Source of the DNA: an uncultured Bacteroidia bacterium
GTDB taxonomy: Bacteria; Bacteroidota; Bacteroidia; NS11-12g; UBA955
Length of the DNA stretch: 64,000 nucleotides
Direction of reading: 5' to 3'
Assembly: GCA_943788195.1 (NCBI GenBank)
Contig: CALSPH010000002.1
Location: 393,054 to 457,053, forward strand
The notes beneath the pieces were generated by a model. That model made no database searches. It saw only the letters and a list, made by a program, of their open reading frames with translations, and was not told the origin of the DNA. Position numbers and translations under genes: made by a program. Below are positions 39,281-48,450 of this stretch, piece after piece (position 1 is the stretch's first letter; each line of letters opens with the position of its first letter).

Positions 39281-40075
39281 ATGAATAAAATAGAGTATAT
39301 AGAAAATGAGATTTCTGAATTAAGAAATGAATTGAAAAATCATAAACTTTATGAAAATTTACGTAACATTAATGACGTGAAAATTTTTATGGAAAATCAC
39401 ATATTTGCAGTATGGGATTTTATGTCTCTTTTAAAAAATCTTCAAATAAATCTCACTAAAGTTCAAACACCTTGGACACCGCCAAAAAACGCAAAACTAT
39501 CAAGATTTATAAATGAAATTGTTCACGGAGAGGAAAGTGACATTAATGAATTGGGAGAACCAAAGAGTCATTTTGAGATGTATTTAGATGCTATGCTCCA
39601 AGTAAATGGGAATACGAATGAAATCAATGATTTTATTAAGCTTATTGAATTGGGAAATTCAGTTGACTATTGTTTTAGTCAAGTTAATGTCGATAACAGA
39701 ATAGCTGATTTTGTTAAATTCACATTTTCGATTATTGAAACAAATAAGCCACACCTCGTAGCTTCTGCATTTACGTTTGGGCGAGAAGACGTTATTCCAG
39801 ATATGTTTATCGAAATTCTTAAAAATTCAGATTCTGAAAACAAATTATATAGCAAAATAAATTACTATCTCGAACGACATATTGAACTTGACGGAGATGA
39901 ACACGGTCCTCTATCTCTTGAGATGATTTCTGAATTATGTAAAGATGATGAGCAAAAATGGAATGAAACACTAACTGTAGCTAAACAATCATTAGAAAAA
40001 CGAATTGAACTTTGGAATGCTATATCTGATTTAATACAGAATAAAAAGCCTGCATATAACACCGTGTATAATTAA
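39281..40075 (+). CDS. DUF3050 family, heme-oxygenase-like fold (cassette 9)
   Basis: [37 protein letters not shown] and [14 protein letters not shown]. Confidence 0.85.
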   Translation: MNKIEYIENEISELRNELKNHKLYENLRNINDVKIFMENHIFAVWDFMSLLKNLQINLTKVQTPWTPPKNAKLSRFINEIVHGEESDINELGEPKSHFEMYLDAMLQVNGNTNEINDFIKLIELGNSVDYCFSQVNVDNRIADFVKFTFSIIETNKPHLVASAFTFGREDVIPDMFIEILKNSDSENKLYSKINYYLERHIELDGDEHGPLSLEMISELCKDDEQKWNETLTVAKQSLEKRIELWNAISDLIQNKKPAYNTVYN

Positions 40076-40168
40076 TTGCTTTGGCAAGTGCCTATTTGGA
40101 AAATTCCTTCGGAATTTTCTCGCGTTCGTTTTTGTTTACTAAATTAGTTGCTTAAACACGCAACTAAC
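40052..40168 (+). repeat. attC-like site I, truncated by IS6
   Basis: GCATATAAC-ACC-GTGTATAATTAATTGC... The right arm begins GCAACTAAC and is cut by the IS end; the GTT core is missing. Confidence 0.72.
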
Positions 40169-40956
40169 GGTTCTGTCGCGTTAACTATTGCAATGTAATA
40201 AATCTTTAGGTTTGCTATGTAAAAATTACCTTCATGTTCAAACGTCACAGATATCCAAGAGCAATCATTCTTCAAGCGGTTTATTTCAAGTTGAGATTCA
40301 CATTGAGTTATCGAGATGTGGAAGAATTACTAAAAATTCGAGGTGTTAAAGTAGACCATTCCACTATTCAAAGGTGGGTGTTTAAGTTCAGCCCAATGAT
40401 TGAGGCTACTATGCACAAGAGGAAGAAACAGGTATGTGATAGTTGGCGAATGGACGAAACCTACATCAAGGTAGCAGGTAAAGACAGATACTTATATCGA
40501 GCTGTAGACAAGCAAGGAAATACTGTAGACTTCCTACTAACTAAACGGAGAATGAAGGGTTCTGCACAGAGGTTTCTAAACAAAGCCATAGGTAACAATG
40601 GAAAACCAAGACTGATTAATATTGATAAAAGTGGAGCAAATACTGAAGCTATCCGTATTATCAATAGATATAGTTTAACCTTCAAGAAGATAAAGACCAG
40701 GCGAGTCAAGTATCTAAATAACATAGTGGAGCAAGATCATCGGACGATCAAACGTCGAATAGCCATTACAACAGGATTCAAAGAATTTGAATCCGCTCAG
40801 AGAACACTTGCAGGAATAGAAATCATAAACATCATCAGAAAGGACCAACTTACAAATCCAAAGAAAAGTTGGTTTGCTACATTTAAGTCATTGGCTGCTT
40901 GATGAAAGTTGAATTCTGCTAAATTTAAATCCTCAATGATTTAATGCGACAGAACC
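40169..40956 (+). mobile_element. IS6-family insertion sequence, 788 bp
   Basis: Terminal IRs GGTTCTGTCGCGTTAA and TTAATGCGACAGAACC (15/16). No flanking target duplication. Confidence 0.93.
40234..40902 (+). CDS. IS6-family DDE transposase
   Basis: LSYRDVEELL..RG..VDHSTI.RWV, WRMDETYIKV.G and YLNNIVEQDHR. Confidence 0.95.
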   Translation: MFKRHRYPRAIILQAVYFKLRFTLSYRDVEELLKIRGVKVDHSTIQRWVFKFSPMIEATMHKRKKQVCDSWRMDETYIKVAGKDRYLYRAVDKQGNTVDFLLTKRRMKGSAQRFLNKAIGNNGKPRLINIDKSGANTEAIRIINRYSLTFKKIKTRRVKYLNNIVEQDHRTIKRRIAITTGFKEFESAQRTLAGIEIINIIRKDQLTNPKKSWFATFKSLAA

Positions 40957-41051
40957 TAAACAAAGTCATTGCCCTCGTGCCTAAAAAGTAGTCGTAAATT
41001 TAATTTTGACTCGCTTCTTATTGAGCGGTACAAAAAACTAATAGTTGCCAT
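40957..41051 (-). pseudogene. 5' fragment of the probable island tyrosine integrase, truncated at the IS6 end
   Basis: MATISFLYRSIRSESKLNLRLLFRHEGNDFV runs exactly to the IS boundary (TAG formed at the junction). It has a TATATTTG -7 box (41083-41076) and sits beside the att repeat. Similarity to Bacteroidota integrase N-termini is from memory only. Confidence 0.55.
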
Positions 41052-41072
41052 AGATTAATAAAAGCCTGAACT

Positions 41073-41110
41073 GTACAAATATAAAATTTTTGTACGGCAT
41101 TTGTACGGCA
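41073..41110. repeat. Putative integrase arm-type binding repeats
   Basis: Tandem TTTGTACGGCA x2 (41089-41110), inverted GTACAAAT (41073-41080) and a matching ATTTGTACG at 30308 near the other island end. Confidence 0.55.
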
Positions 41111-41248
41111 GATTGCAATTTGTTGAAATCTAAAACAATCTAATTCAATATGCCTTAAGTTTGAAATCGTTTACCTGTATTGCATTAATGAAGATATTTG
41201 TGAATCAATAAGGATTTTAGCCTTACCTTGTTTTGCATCGTTCTTACT

Positions 41249-41267
41249 CCCAGAGGGATCACAAAAT
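41249..41267 (+). repeat. Distal att copy: displaced 3' end of tRNA-Lys
   Basis: CCCAGAGGGATCACAAAAT, identical to 30239-30257. Confidence 0.92.
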
Positions 41268-41285
41268 CCAAATCAGGAAACCATT

Positions 41286-41321
41286 AAAAACCCCTTTTAA
41301 CATTGTTTGAAAGGGGTTTTT
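41286..41321 (+). terminator. Intrinsic terminator (likely the original tRNA-Lys terminator)
   Basis: AAAAACCCCTTT...AAAGGGGTTTTT just after the distal att copy. Confidence 0.7.
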
Positions 41322-41442
41322 CTTTAATTAAAATTTCAAATCCTTTTTTTGCTGCATTAAATATTTATACTAATCTTTGCGCATCGAATCGTAGGATGTT
41401 TTTCTAATGAATAATCCCCTCAGAAAAACAAATATTTCAATT

Positions 41443-41516
41443 CGGGATGTGGCGCAGTCCGGTAGCGTACACGGCTGGGGGCCGTGCGGTCGCAGGTTCA
41501 AATCCTGTCATCCCGA
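41443..41516 (+). tRNA. tRNA-Pro(GGG)
   Basis: Acceptor CGGGATG/CATCCCG, anticodon arm CACGG-CTGGGGG-CCGTG and GTTCAAA T-loop. Confidence 0.96.
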
Positions 41517-41548
41517 CAAACAAAAACGAATAAAAACATTGTCAACGA

Positions 41549-41807
41549 AATGAATGAAACAAATCAACGATTTGATTTCATGAGAGATTTGACAATGACG
41601 AGCGTTAGCGAGATTCGTTTTTAATTCCAGCGTTGGATGTAATTGGATTCACGTAAGTAAATCCATTCCAATTAATCCTACTATTTTTAACAATGAATGA
41701 AACAAATCAACGATTTGATTTCATGAGAGACTTGACAATGACGAGCGTTAGCGAGATTCGTTTTTAATTCCAGCGTTGGATGTAATTGGATTCACGTAAG
41801 TAAATCC
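41549..41807 (+). repeat. Two 116-bp direct repeats downstream of tRNA-Pro
   Basis: 41549-41664 and 41692-41807 differ at one base and contain internal hairpins. Confidence 0.9.
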
Positions 41808-41836
41808 TAACGGAATCACTTCCAAAGCAAGCTTTC

Positions 41837-42958
41837 TTAAAGCGATTCTAGAATTTTATGTAACTCATCCGCCACATAGGTATAATCATCCATACTCATT
41901 TTATTATGCATGGGTATAGCAATGCTTTGTTCATAGACTTGTTGGCTCATGGGCAAGGCATTTGCGGCCAAACCATACTTTTCCTGATAGTATCCCAACA
42001 TATGAACCGCTTGCGTTCCAGGGCGCGTTGCAATTCCCCGTATAGCTAATCTTCCCATAACTTCATTCCGATTATATTGGGCATCCAACAATATCACAAA
42101 AGACTGCCAACAATGCACAATATGCTCTCCTTTGGGTGGCAAAGTCAACCCATTGATTTCCGACAAGGTGTTATAATAAATGGCAGCTCCATTGTTGCGT
42201 TCATCAATCATACTTGCTAAACGTTTCATTTGTGTTACGCCAATGGAAGCCTGTATATCTGTCATTCTAAAATTATACCCCAGCACATTCACTTCAGGCA
42301 TATCATGGTTCGCTTTTTTTACAAAATCAGCGGACAGTCCATGGTTACGTAACTCAATCAATTGTTTGTAATAGGCTTCGCTATTTGAGGTTACCATTCC
42401 ACCTTCTCCTGTTGTAATGGATTTTCTGGGGTGGAAAGAAAACGCAGCCATCTCACCCATGGCACCTGCTTTTTCTCCATTTATCGAACTGCCCGCAGCA
42501 CATGCGGCATCTTCTATAATGAGCAGATTAGGGAACTGGTCCTTAATATGTTTCACATTCACACATAAGCCAAACAGATGCACCGGAATGATTGCTTTGG
42601 TTTTTGGGGTTATTGCCGCTTCAATCAAGTCACAATTGATATTAAACGTTTCATCCACATCCACAAACTTCACTTTCGCACCAACAAACTCAACTGCATT
42701 GGCTGTTGCAACCCAAGAAAAAGAAGGCACAATTACCTCATCGCCCGGGCCTATTCCCAATACCAATAAGGCTAGATGCAGCGCTGTGGTACAACTTGTA
42801 ACTGCTACAGCGTAATCGGCACCCACAAATTTTGCAAAGGATTCTTCAAATTCTTTAACACGCGGACCCTGCATTACCCAACCTGTTCTTAGACATGCAA
42901 CTAAGGCTTCTTCATCTTCAATGGTAAATGCGGGTATGGATAAAGCAATATTTCTCAT
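41837..42958 (-). CDS. DegT/DnrJ/EryC1/StrS sugar aminotransferase
   Basis: SCTTALHLAL, IEDAAC, FSFHPRKSITTGEGG and GYNFRM. Confidence 0.93.
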   Translation of the reverse strand: MRNIALSIPAFTIEDEEALVACLRTGWVMQGPRVKEFEESFAKFVGADYAVAVTSCTTALHLALLVLGIGPGDEVIVPSFSWVATANAVEFVGAKVKFVDVDETFNINCDLIEAAITPKTKAIIPVHLFGLCVNVKHIKDQFPNLLIIEDAACAAGSSINGEKAGAMGEMAAFSFHPRKSITTGEGGMVTSNSEAYYKQLIELRNHGLSADFVKKANHDMPEVNVLGYNFRMTDIQASIGVTQMKRLASMIDERNNGAAIYYNTLSEINGLTLPPKGEHIVHCWQSFVILLDAQYNRNEVMGRLAIRGIATRPGTQAVHMLGYYQEKYGLAANALPMSQQVYEQSIAIPMHNKMSMDDYTYVADELHKILESL

Positions 42959-43047
42959 TATACTCGCAAATGTAAATCAATTTAAAATATCTTAATATTT
43001 CTCCTATCAACATTTCTTGAATGCTTCAATTAGGTTAATTTTGCAAT

Positions 43048-43929
43048 ATGTTCAAATTTTTGGACCCATATCTCCGCGTTGTTGTTTTCCATATTGGGAA
43101 AGTGGATATCAAGATTGAAAATATTCTCAATATTTTAACGATTTACCTCGGAACGATATTCGTGTTGTATCTCATTCGTTATTATCTCTCCTACCGGGCC
43201 AAAAAATCCCTTTTTGATAAAAAAAGAAATCATTCCATTTATCTTTTTATCAAATACTTTTTATGGGTTTTTTCAATCATCCTGATGGTGCGAAGCACTG
43301 GTCTGGATGTAACGTACTTCCTTGCGGGTTCTGCGGCCTTATTTGTGGGTATTGGTTTGGGTGTTCAGGATATTTTTAAGGACATCGTATCTGGAATATT
43401 TCTTTTAACAGAAGGCACCATACGGATTGATGATATTCTAGAAATTGATGGCAACGTGGGCAAGGTTACAGATATTAAATTGAGAACTTCTGATTTTCTA
43501 ACAAGAAACGGAAGCACAATCGTGGTGCCTAATCACAAATTCATTACAGAAAAGGTAATTAACTGGAGTCACAATTTAACGCCAACCCGATTTGAAGTGA
43601 AAGTGGGTGTGTCGTATGATAATGATGAGAAAAAAGTTAAAGAAATCCTTTTACGAGTTGCACAGCAACATCCTGAAGTAATCACCAGTAAAAAAGACAA
43701 ATCGCCTTTTGTACGAATCACGGATTTTGGAGATAATGGAATTATGTACTCTTTATTTTTTTGGAGCTCCCATATGTTCATGATTGAAGATACCATAAGC
43801 GACTTGCGTTTCGATATTCGTGAAGAATTCAGAAATAACGAAATCAGCATTCCCTTTCCTCAGCGTGTTTTGCATACCTATAAGGCCAATAATCCGGTTG
43901 ATGAAAGTAGCTCAACTAAAGAGTCTTAA
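43048..43929 (+). CDS. MscS-family mechanosensitive channel
   Basis: VGIGLGVQ...SGI, VPN..F...VINWS and IPFPQR. Confidence 0.92.
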   Translation: MFKFLDPYLRVVVFHIGKVDIKIENILNILTIYLGTIFVLYLIRYYLSYRAKKSLFDKKRNHSIYLFIKYFLWVFSIILMVRSTGLDVTYFLAGSAALFVGIGLGVQDIFKDIVSGIFLLTEGTIRIDDILEIDGNVGKVTDIKLRTSDFLTRNGSTIVVPNHKFITEKVINWSHNLTPTRFEVKVGVSYDNDEKKVKEILLRVAQQHPEVITSKKDKSPFVRITDFGDNGIMYSLFFWSSHMFMIEDTISDLRFDIREEFRNNEISIPFPQRVLHTYKANNPVDESSSTKES

Positions 43930-44014
43930 TTCAGTTTATTCAAAATAACCACGCCATTCATGTTCCATTTTGGAAGAATAACTTGTATTTTTGCGTCTCT
44001 TTAAATCAAACCAC

Positions 44015-44590
44015 ATGTTAAACATTGTTTTATTTGGCCCTCCTGGAGCCGGAAAAGGAACCCAATCATCTAAATTGGTGGATAAATACAACTTGATCCA
44101 TTTGAGTACAGGTGATATTTTTAGATATAATATTAAAAACGAAACTGATCTTGGCGTACTAGCTCGTTTCTACATTGATAAAGGAAATTTAGTGCCTGAT
44201 AAAGTAACGATCGATATGTTACAAGCCGAGGTAAAAAAGAACCCAAATGCAAAAGGATTTATTTTTGACGGGTTCCCAAGGACCATTCCCCAAGCCGAGG
44301 CCTTGGATGTTTTAATGACTGAGCTGGGAACCAAAGTAGACCTTATGCTTTCTTTGGATGCACCTGAAGATGAATTGGTAGAGCGATTGCTTCTTCGTGG
44401 GAAAGATAGTGGTAGAGCAGATGACAGCAATGAAGAAGTGATCCGTAATCGCATCGGTGTTTATAACGATCAAACCGCAGTTGCAGCTTCTTATTACGAT
44501 AATCAAAATAAATACTTTCCAATTAATGGTGTTGGGAGCATCGATGATATTTTTGAACAACTCTGTTCAGTGATTGATAAATTCAACTAA
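44015..44590 (+). CDS. adk: Adenylate kinase (short LID)
   Basis: GPPGAGKGTQ, HLSTGD and FDGFPRT. ATG at 44015. Confidence 0.95.
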   Translation: MLNIVLFGPPGAGKGTQSSKLVDKYNLIHLSTGDIFRYNIKNETDLGVLARFYIDKGNLVPDKVTIDMLQAEVKKNPNAKGFIFDGFPRTIPQAEALDVLMTELGTKVDLMLSLDAPEDELVERLLLRGKDSGRADDSNEEVIRNRIGVYNDQTAVAASYYDNQNKYFPINGVGSIDDIFEQLCSVIDKFN

Positions 44591-45087
44591 TGAAGTATCT
44601 CAATATTTGGTTGGCAATTATACTCTTCTCTTCAATCACCTTAGTGAAAGGTCAGGAAGAATCTGCTCCAAATTTGAGTAATTACATCAAAATGGATATT
44701 TCACATCGATCATCCGGCATTTCGTTTTTTGGACTGTCAGAAAAACAAAATGTTAGTTTAGGGCTCGGTTATTATTCGAGCTTTATTGATACGGTAGGTA
44801 CAAGCGTCCGAAACAATTCCTACAAGTTAAACTCCTTCCCTATACAACTGGCAATTCATAAAAATTTATTCCAGAAAAAATTACACTTTCGAGCAGAAGC
44901 TGGAGTCCATTTATTTGGTTCAAATAGGTATGACATAAATACATATTACCATGTTAGCTCAGAACTTCTATTTACCAAGGATTTCTTTTTTCTTGGAGTT
45001 GGGTTAAAAAAACCTTTTTCAGTAAGTACTGCTCATAACATTATAGACAAGCCCTTTGTGCAACTTGCATTAGGGGTTAATTTTTAA
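44590..45087 (+). CDS. Hypothetical outer-membrane beta-barrel-like protein
   Basis: Signal peptide and C-terminal LGVNF. Confidence 0.55.
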   Translation: MKYLNIWLAIILFSSITLVKGQEESAPNLSNYIKMDISHRSSGISFFGLSEKQNVSLGLGYYSSFIDTVGTSVRNNSYKLNSFPIQLAIHKNLFQKKLHFRAEAGVHLFGSNRYDINTYYHVSSELLFTKDFFFLGVGLKKPFSVSTAHNIIDKPFVQLALGVNF

Positions 45088-45090
45088 GCT

Positions 45091-46086
45091 ATGGCAGAAT
45101 CTAATTTTATTGACTATGTAAAGATTCATTGCCGGAGTGGTAATGGTGGTGCAGGAAGCGCTCACTTTTTTCGCGACAAAATGAATAGCAAGGGGGGACC
45201 TGATGGCGGAGATGGCGGAGCAGGTGGTGATATCGTATTGGTTGGAAACAGTCAATTATGGACGCTGCTTCCGTTGAAATACCGAAAACACGTTCGGGCA
45301 GATAATGGAAAAAATGGTGGACGAAGTAGAAGTACAGGCGCTTCTGGCAAGCCCATTCTTTTAGAGGTTCCTTTGGGTACGGTAGCAAAAGATGCCGAAA
45401 CAGGCGAAATATTATTTGAAATTACCGAAGATGGTGAGAAAAAAGTATTGGTACCTGGAGGAATGGGTGGATTGGGGAACTGGCACTTTAAATCAGCACA
45501 AAAGCAAAACCCAAAATATGCACAGCAAGGGATACCTGGTACAGAATCTTGGAAAATTTTAGAACTTAAAGTACTGGCAGATGTCGGATTAGTTGGATTA
45601 CCGAATGCGGGAAAATCAACTTTATTATCTGTGCTCACCGCTGCAAAACCCAAAATAGCATCCTATCCTTTTACGACCTTAGTACCCAATTTAGGCATCA
45701 TTCGCCATCGCGATTGGCAATCATTTGTAATGGCAGATATCCCTGGAATTATTGAAGGAGCACATGAAGGCAAAGGACTCGGACACCGGTTCTTAAAGCA
45801 TATCGAGCGTAATGCGCTGTTATTATTTATGGTGCCCTGTTTCTCTGAAAACATTAAAAAAGAATACAAAATATTGCTGGATGAATGCGCCAAGTTCAAT
45901 CCAGAGCTCATGATAAAAGATCGACTATTAGCCATTACGCAATGTGATGCTATTTCTCCCGAAGACTTGAAGAAATTAAAAAAGAAACTCGCTCCATTAA
46001 AGCCTGTATTTATCTCAGCAGTGAGTGGCTTAGGTTTAGAAGAATTAAAAGACACCCTCTGGGAGCAGATAAACAAAAATCCCTAA
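45091..46086 (+). CDS. obgE: GTPase ObgE/CgtA
   Basis: Gly-rich Obg domain, [13 protein letters not shown] and DIPG. Confidence 0.96.
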   Translation: MAESNFIDYVKIHCRSGNGGAGSAHFFRDKMNSKGGPDGGDGGAGGDIVLVGNSQLWTLLPLKYRKHVRADNGKNGGRSRSTGASGKPILLEVPLGTVAKDAETGEILFEITEDGEKKVLVPGGMGGLGNWHFKSAQKQNPKYAQQGIPGTESWKILELKVLADVGLVGLPNAGKSTLLSVLTAAKPKIASYPFTTLVPNLGIIRHRDWQSFVMADIPGIIEGAHEGKGLGHRFLKHIERNALLLFMVPCFSENIKKEYKILLDECAKFNPELMIKDRLLAITQCDAISPEDLKKLKKKLAPLKPVFISAVSGLGLEELKDTLWEQINKNP

Positions 46087-46112
46087 GTATATTTGCCCTT
46101 TTAAAGTAGAAA

Positions 46113-48449
46113 ATGAAAATTGCCCTAAACTGGTTAAAAGAGCACATTGATATCAATGATACCGTAGAAAACATCGCAGATAAACTAACCTTTGCAGGGT
46201 TAGAAGTAGAGCATCTGGAGCAAAAATCTTCCATTAAGGGCGGTTTATCTGGATTGGTTGTGGGCGAAGTACTTACCTGTGAACGAATTCCTGAAACCGA
46301 TAAATTAAAAATTACCAGCATCAACGTGGGTGCTGAACAAGCACTTAATATCGTTTGCGGTGCACCGAATGTTGCCACGGGCAACAAAGTTATAGTTGCC
46401 ACGGTTGGTACCACCATTCACCCCACTGGGAATGATCCATTTACCATTAGAAAGGCAATGATTAGAGGGGTTGCCAGTGAAGGCATGCTTTGTGCCGAAG
46501 ATGAAATCGGTTTAGGCTCAAGCCATGATGGAATCATTGTACTACCACATGAAGCGGAGGTAGGCACAAAAGCAAGCGATTATTATGGTGTAGAAACCGA
46601 AACTGTTTTGGACATTGGGCTGACCGCAAATCGAGGTGATGCGGCATCCCATCGAGGAGTAGCTAGGGATTTATCGGCATTGTATAATGTACCGCTTAAA
46701 GACTTGAGTAATAAGCTAGATTTTGGGAAAGGTAATTCACCCATTGAAGTGATCATTGAAAATGAAGATTGTCCAAGATACTCAGGTCTATATATCGAGA
46801 ATATTAAGGTAGCAGAAAGTCCACAATGGTTAAAAAGCGCATTGTTAAGTATTGAAATCGCACCTATTAACAACGTTGTAGACATTACAAATTATGTGCT
46901 GCATGGCATAGGTCAACCCATTCATGCTTTTGATGCGGATCAAATCAAAGGAAATCAAATTCGCGTGCGAGCTGCCAAAAAAGGAGAAAAAATCACCACG
47001 CTTGATGATAAGGAACGTGAACTGAACCCCTCACATCTAATTATTGCGGATCAGGAAGCACCACTTGCAATTGCAGGTGTTTTTGGAGGGCTTCATTCAG
47101 GAATCACAGAAAAAACAACCCGAATTTTCATTGAGTCGGCCTACTTCGACCCAGTTTCAGTGCGTAAAACAGCCAAGCATTTTGGATTAAACACAGATGC
47201 CTCGTTCCGTTATGAAAGAGGAACCGACCCTGACATTACCGTGGATGCACTTAAACTAATTGGAAAGCTTATCCTCGAAAATGCTGGTGGTGAAGTAAAA
47301 GGTGAACTCATCGATGTACATCCTTTGGGGCATTTCAATTTTAAATTTCCTTTTAGAATTAATCAAATCAAACGAATCTTAGGCATAGAAATTCCTCATG
47401 AAAAAGTGAAGGAAATTATTCAAAACTTGGGCATAGAAATTAACACTGAAAGCGCAGAAACCTTCGAGTTAACTGTACCCGCTTTTAAGAGTGATGTTAC
47501 CCGAGAGATTGATGTCATTGAGGAGATTATTCGAATTTACGGATTTGATGCAATCCCACTTAAAGACAATAGCAAGCTATATTTATCCGAATTTGAATCA
47601 AGCGGCATGCATGATTTGAAAGAGAAAGCCAGTGCAATTTTGCAAGGTGCCGGTTTAACAGAAATAATGAACAATAGCATGATTGCGACTTCGGACGACT
47701 CAGACCAATTAATACGACTCACAAACCCGTTGAGCAAGGATACCAACACGATGCGTCCGAGCATGCTAAAAGGGATGGTAGAGTCTATGGATTATAACAT
47801 TAAACGCAAGAATGAAAATTTAAAGTTTTTTGAGTTTGGTAAAACTTTCAAAAAAGTGAAAGGCGGCAAAATGATTGAAAAAAACAATCTAGCCATTGCT
47901 TGCACCGGGAATGTATTTAATGAGTCTTGGCAATATAAGTCCTTACCCTTAAATTTAGCTTACCTTCAAAATATTGCGAATGAATTAATGCAAAGCTTGG
48001 GTGTACTGCCAAAGAAAACGGATTCGACCTTTACCATAAAGCCCTACCCTATTGAAGCATTCTTTCTAAAAAAGTACAAGCTTGATCAATCCATTTATTA
48101 TTGTGAAATCAATCTAGATGGTTTGACTTCAACCAAAAAAGATATCACAGTACGAGAAATTCCTAAATACCCTACTGTTCGAAGAGATTTATCTTTGGTG
48201 TTGAACAAAAAAACAGAGTTCAAGGAAATAAAATCGATTACACAACAATTGGGTGGCGATAAACTCATTGATATCAATGTGTTTGACGTGTATGAAGGAA
48301 AGCCCTTATTGGATAATGAAAAATCTTACTCCATCAGCTTTAAATGGCAAGATGTGAGTAAAACTTTAGAAGATAGTGAGATTGATTTAATCGTAGAAAG
48401 TTTAATCACTCGTTTTGAAGAAAAATTAGGGGCCAAAATCCGCAGATAA
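46113..48449 (+). CDS. pheT: Phenylalanine-tRNA ligase beta subunit
   Basis: IVCGAPNV, SEGMLC, NRGD, INNVVDITNY, RYERG and RRDLS. Confidence 0.96.
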   Translation: MKIALNWLKEHIDINDTVENIADKLTFAGLEVEHLEQKSSIKGGLSGLVVGEVLTCERIPETDKLKITSINVGAEQALNIVCGAPNVATGNKVIVATVGTTIHPTGNDPFTIRKAMIRGVASEGMLCAEDEIGLGSSHDGIIVLPHEAEVGTKASDYYGVETETVLDIGLTANRGDAASHRGVARDLSALYNVPLKDLSNKLDFGKGNSPIEVIIENEDCPRYSGLYIENIKVAESPQWLKSALLSIEIAPINNVVDITNYVLHGIGQPIHAFDADQIKGNQIRVRAAKKGEKITTLDDKERELNPSHLIIADQEAPLAIAGVFGGLHSGITEKTTRIFIESAYFDPVSVRKTAKHFGLNTDASFRYERGTDPDITVDALKLIGKLILENAGGEVKGELIDVHPLGHFNFKFPFRINQIKRILGIEIPHEKVKEIIQNLGIEINTESAETFELTVPAFKSDVTREIDVIEEIIRIYGFDAIPLKDNSKLYLSEFESSGMHDLKEKASAILQGAGLTEIMNNSMIATSDDSDQLIRLTNPLSKDTNTMRPSMLKGMVESMDYNIKRKNENLKFFEFGKTFKKVKGGKMIEKNNLAIACTGNVFNESWQYKSLPLNLAYLQNIANELMQSLGVLPKKTDSTFTIKPYPIEAFFLKKYKLDQSIYYCEINLDGLTSTKKDITVREIPKYPTVRRDLSLVLNKKTEFKEIKSITQQLGGDKLIDINVFDVYEGKPLLDNEKSYSISFKWQDVSKTLEDSEIDLIVESLITRFEEKLGAKIRR

Positions 48450-48450
48450 T

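Larger units (their letters stand above)
30258..41267. mobile_element. tRNA-Lys-integrated genomic island carrying an integron-like cassette array (defective, integrase truncated)
   Basis: Flanked by a duplicated tRNA 3' end. Visibly more AT-rich, accessory content, an IS6 element and a putative integrase fragment. Confidence 0.88.

Noticed and set aside
32650..40168. Inter-cassette hairpins as ordinary rho-independent terminators
   Set aside because: They lack U-tracts, have conserved AAC/GTT ends and cross-cassette core matching, and pair better on the non-transcribed strand.
30258..41267. Prophage or complete ICE
   Set aside because: No structural, replication, relaxase or T4SS genes. 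Only cassettes, an IS and a short putative integrase fragment are present.
41443..41516. tRNA-Pro as the island's integration site
   Set aside because: The duplicated sequence matches the tRNA-Lys 3' end. No duplicate of the tRNA-Pro end was seen.
41549..41807. CRISPR or additional tRNAs after tRNA-Pro
   Set aside because: Only two 116-bp copies, too long for CRISPR repeats, and no cloverleaf.
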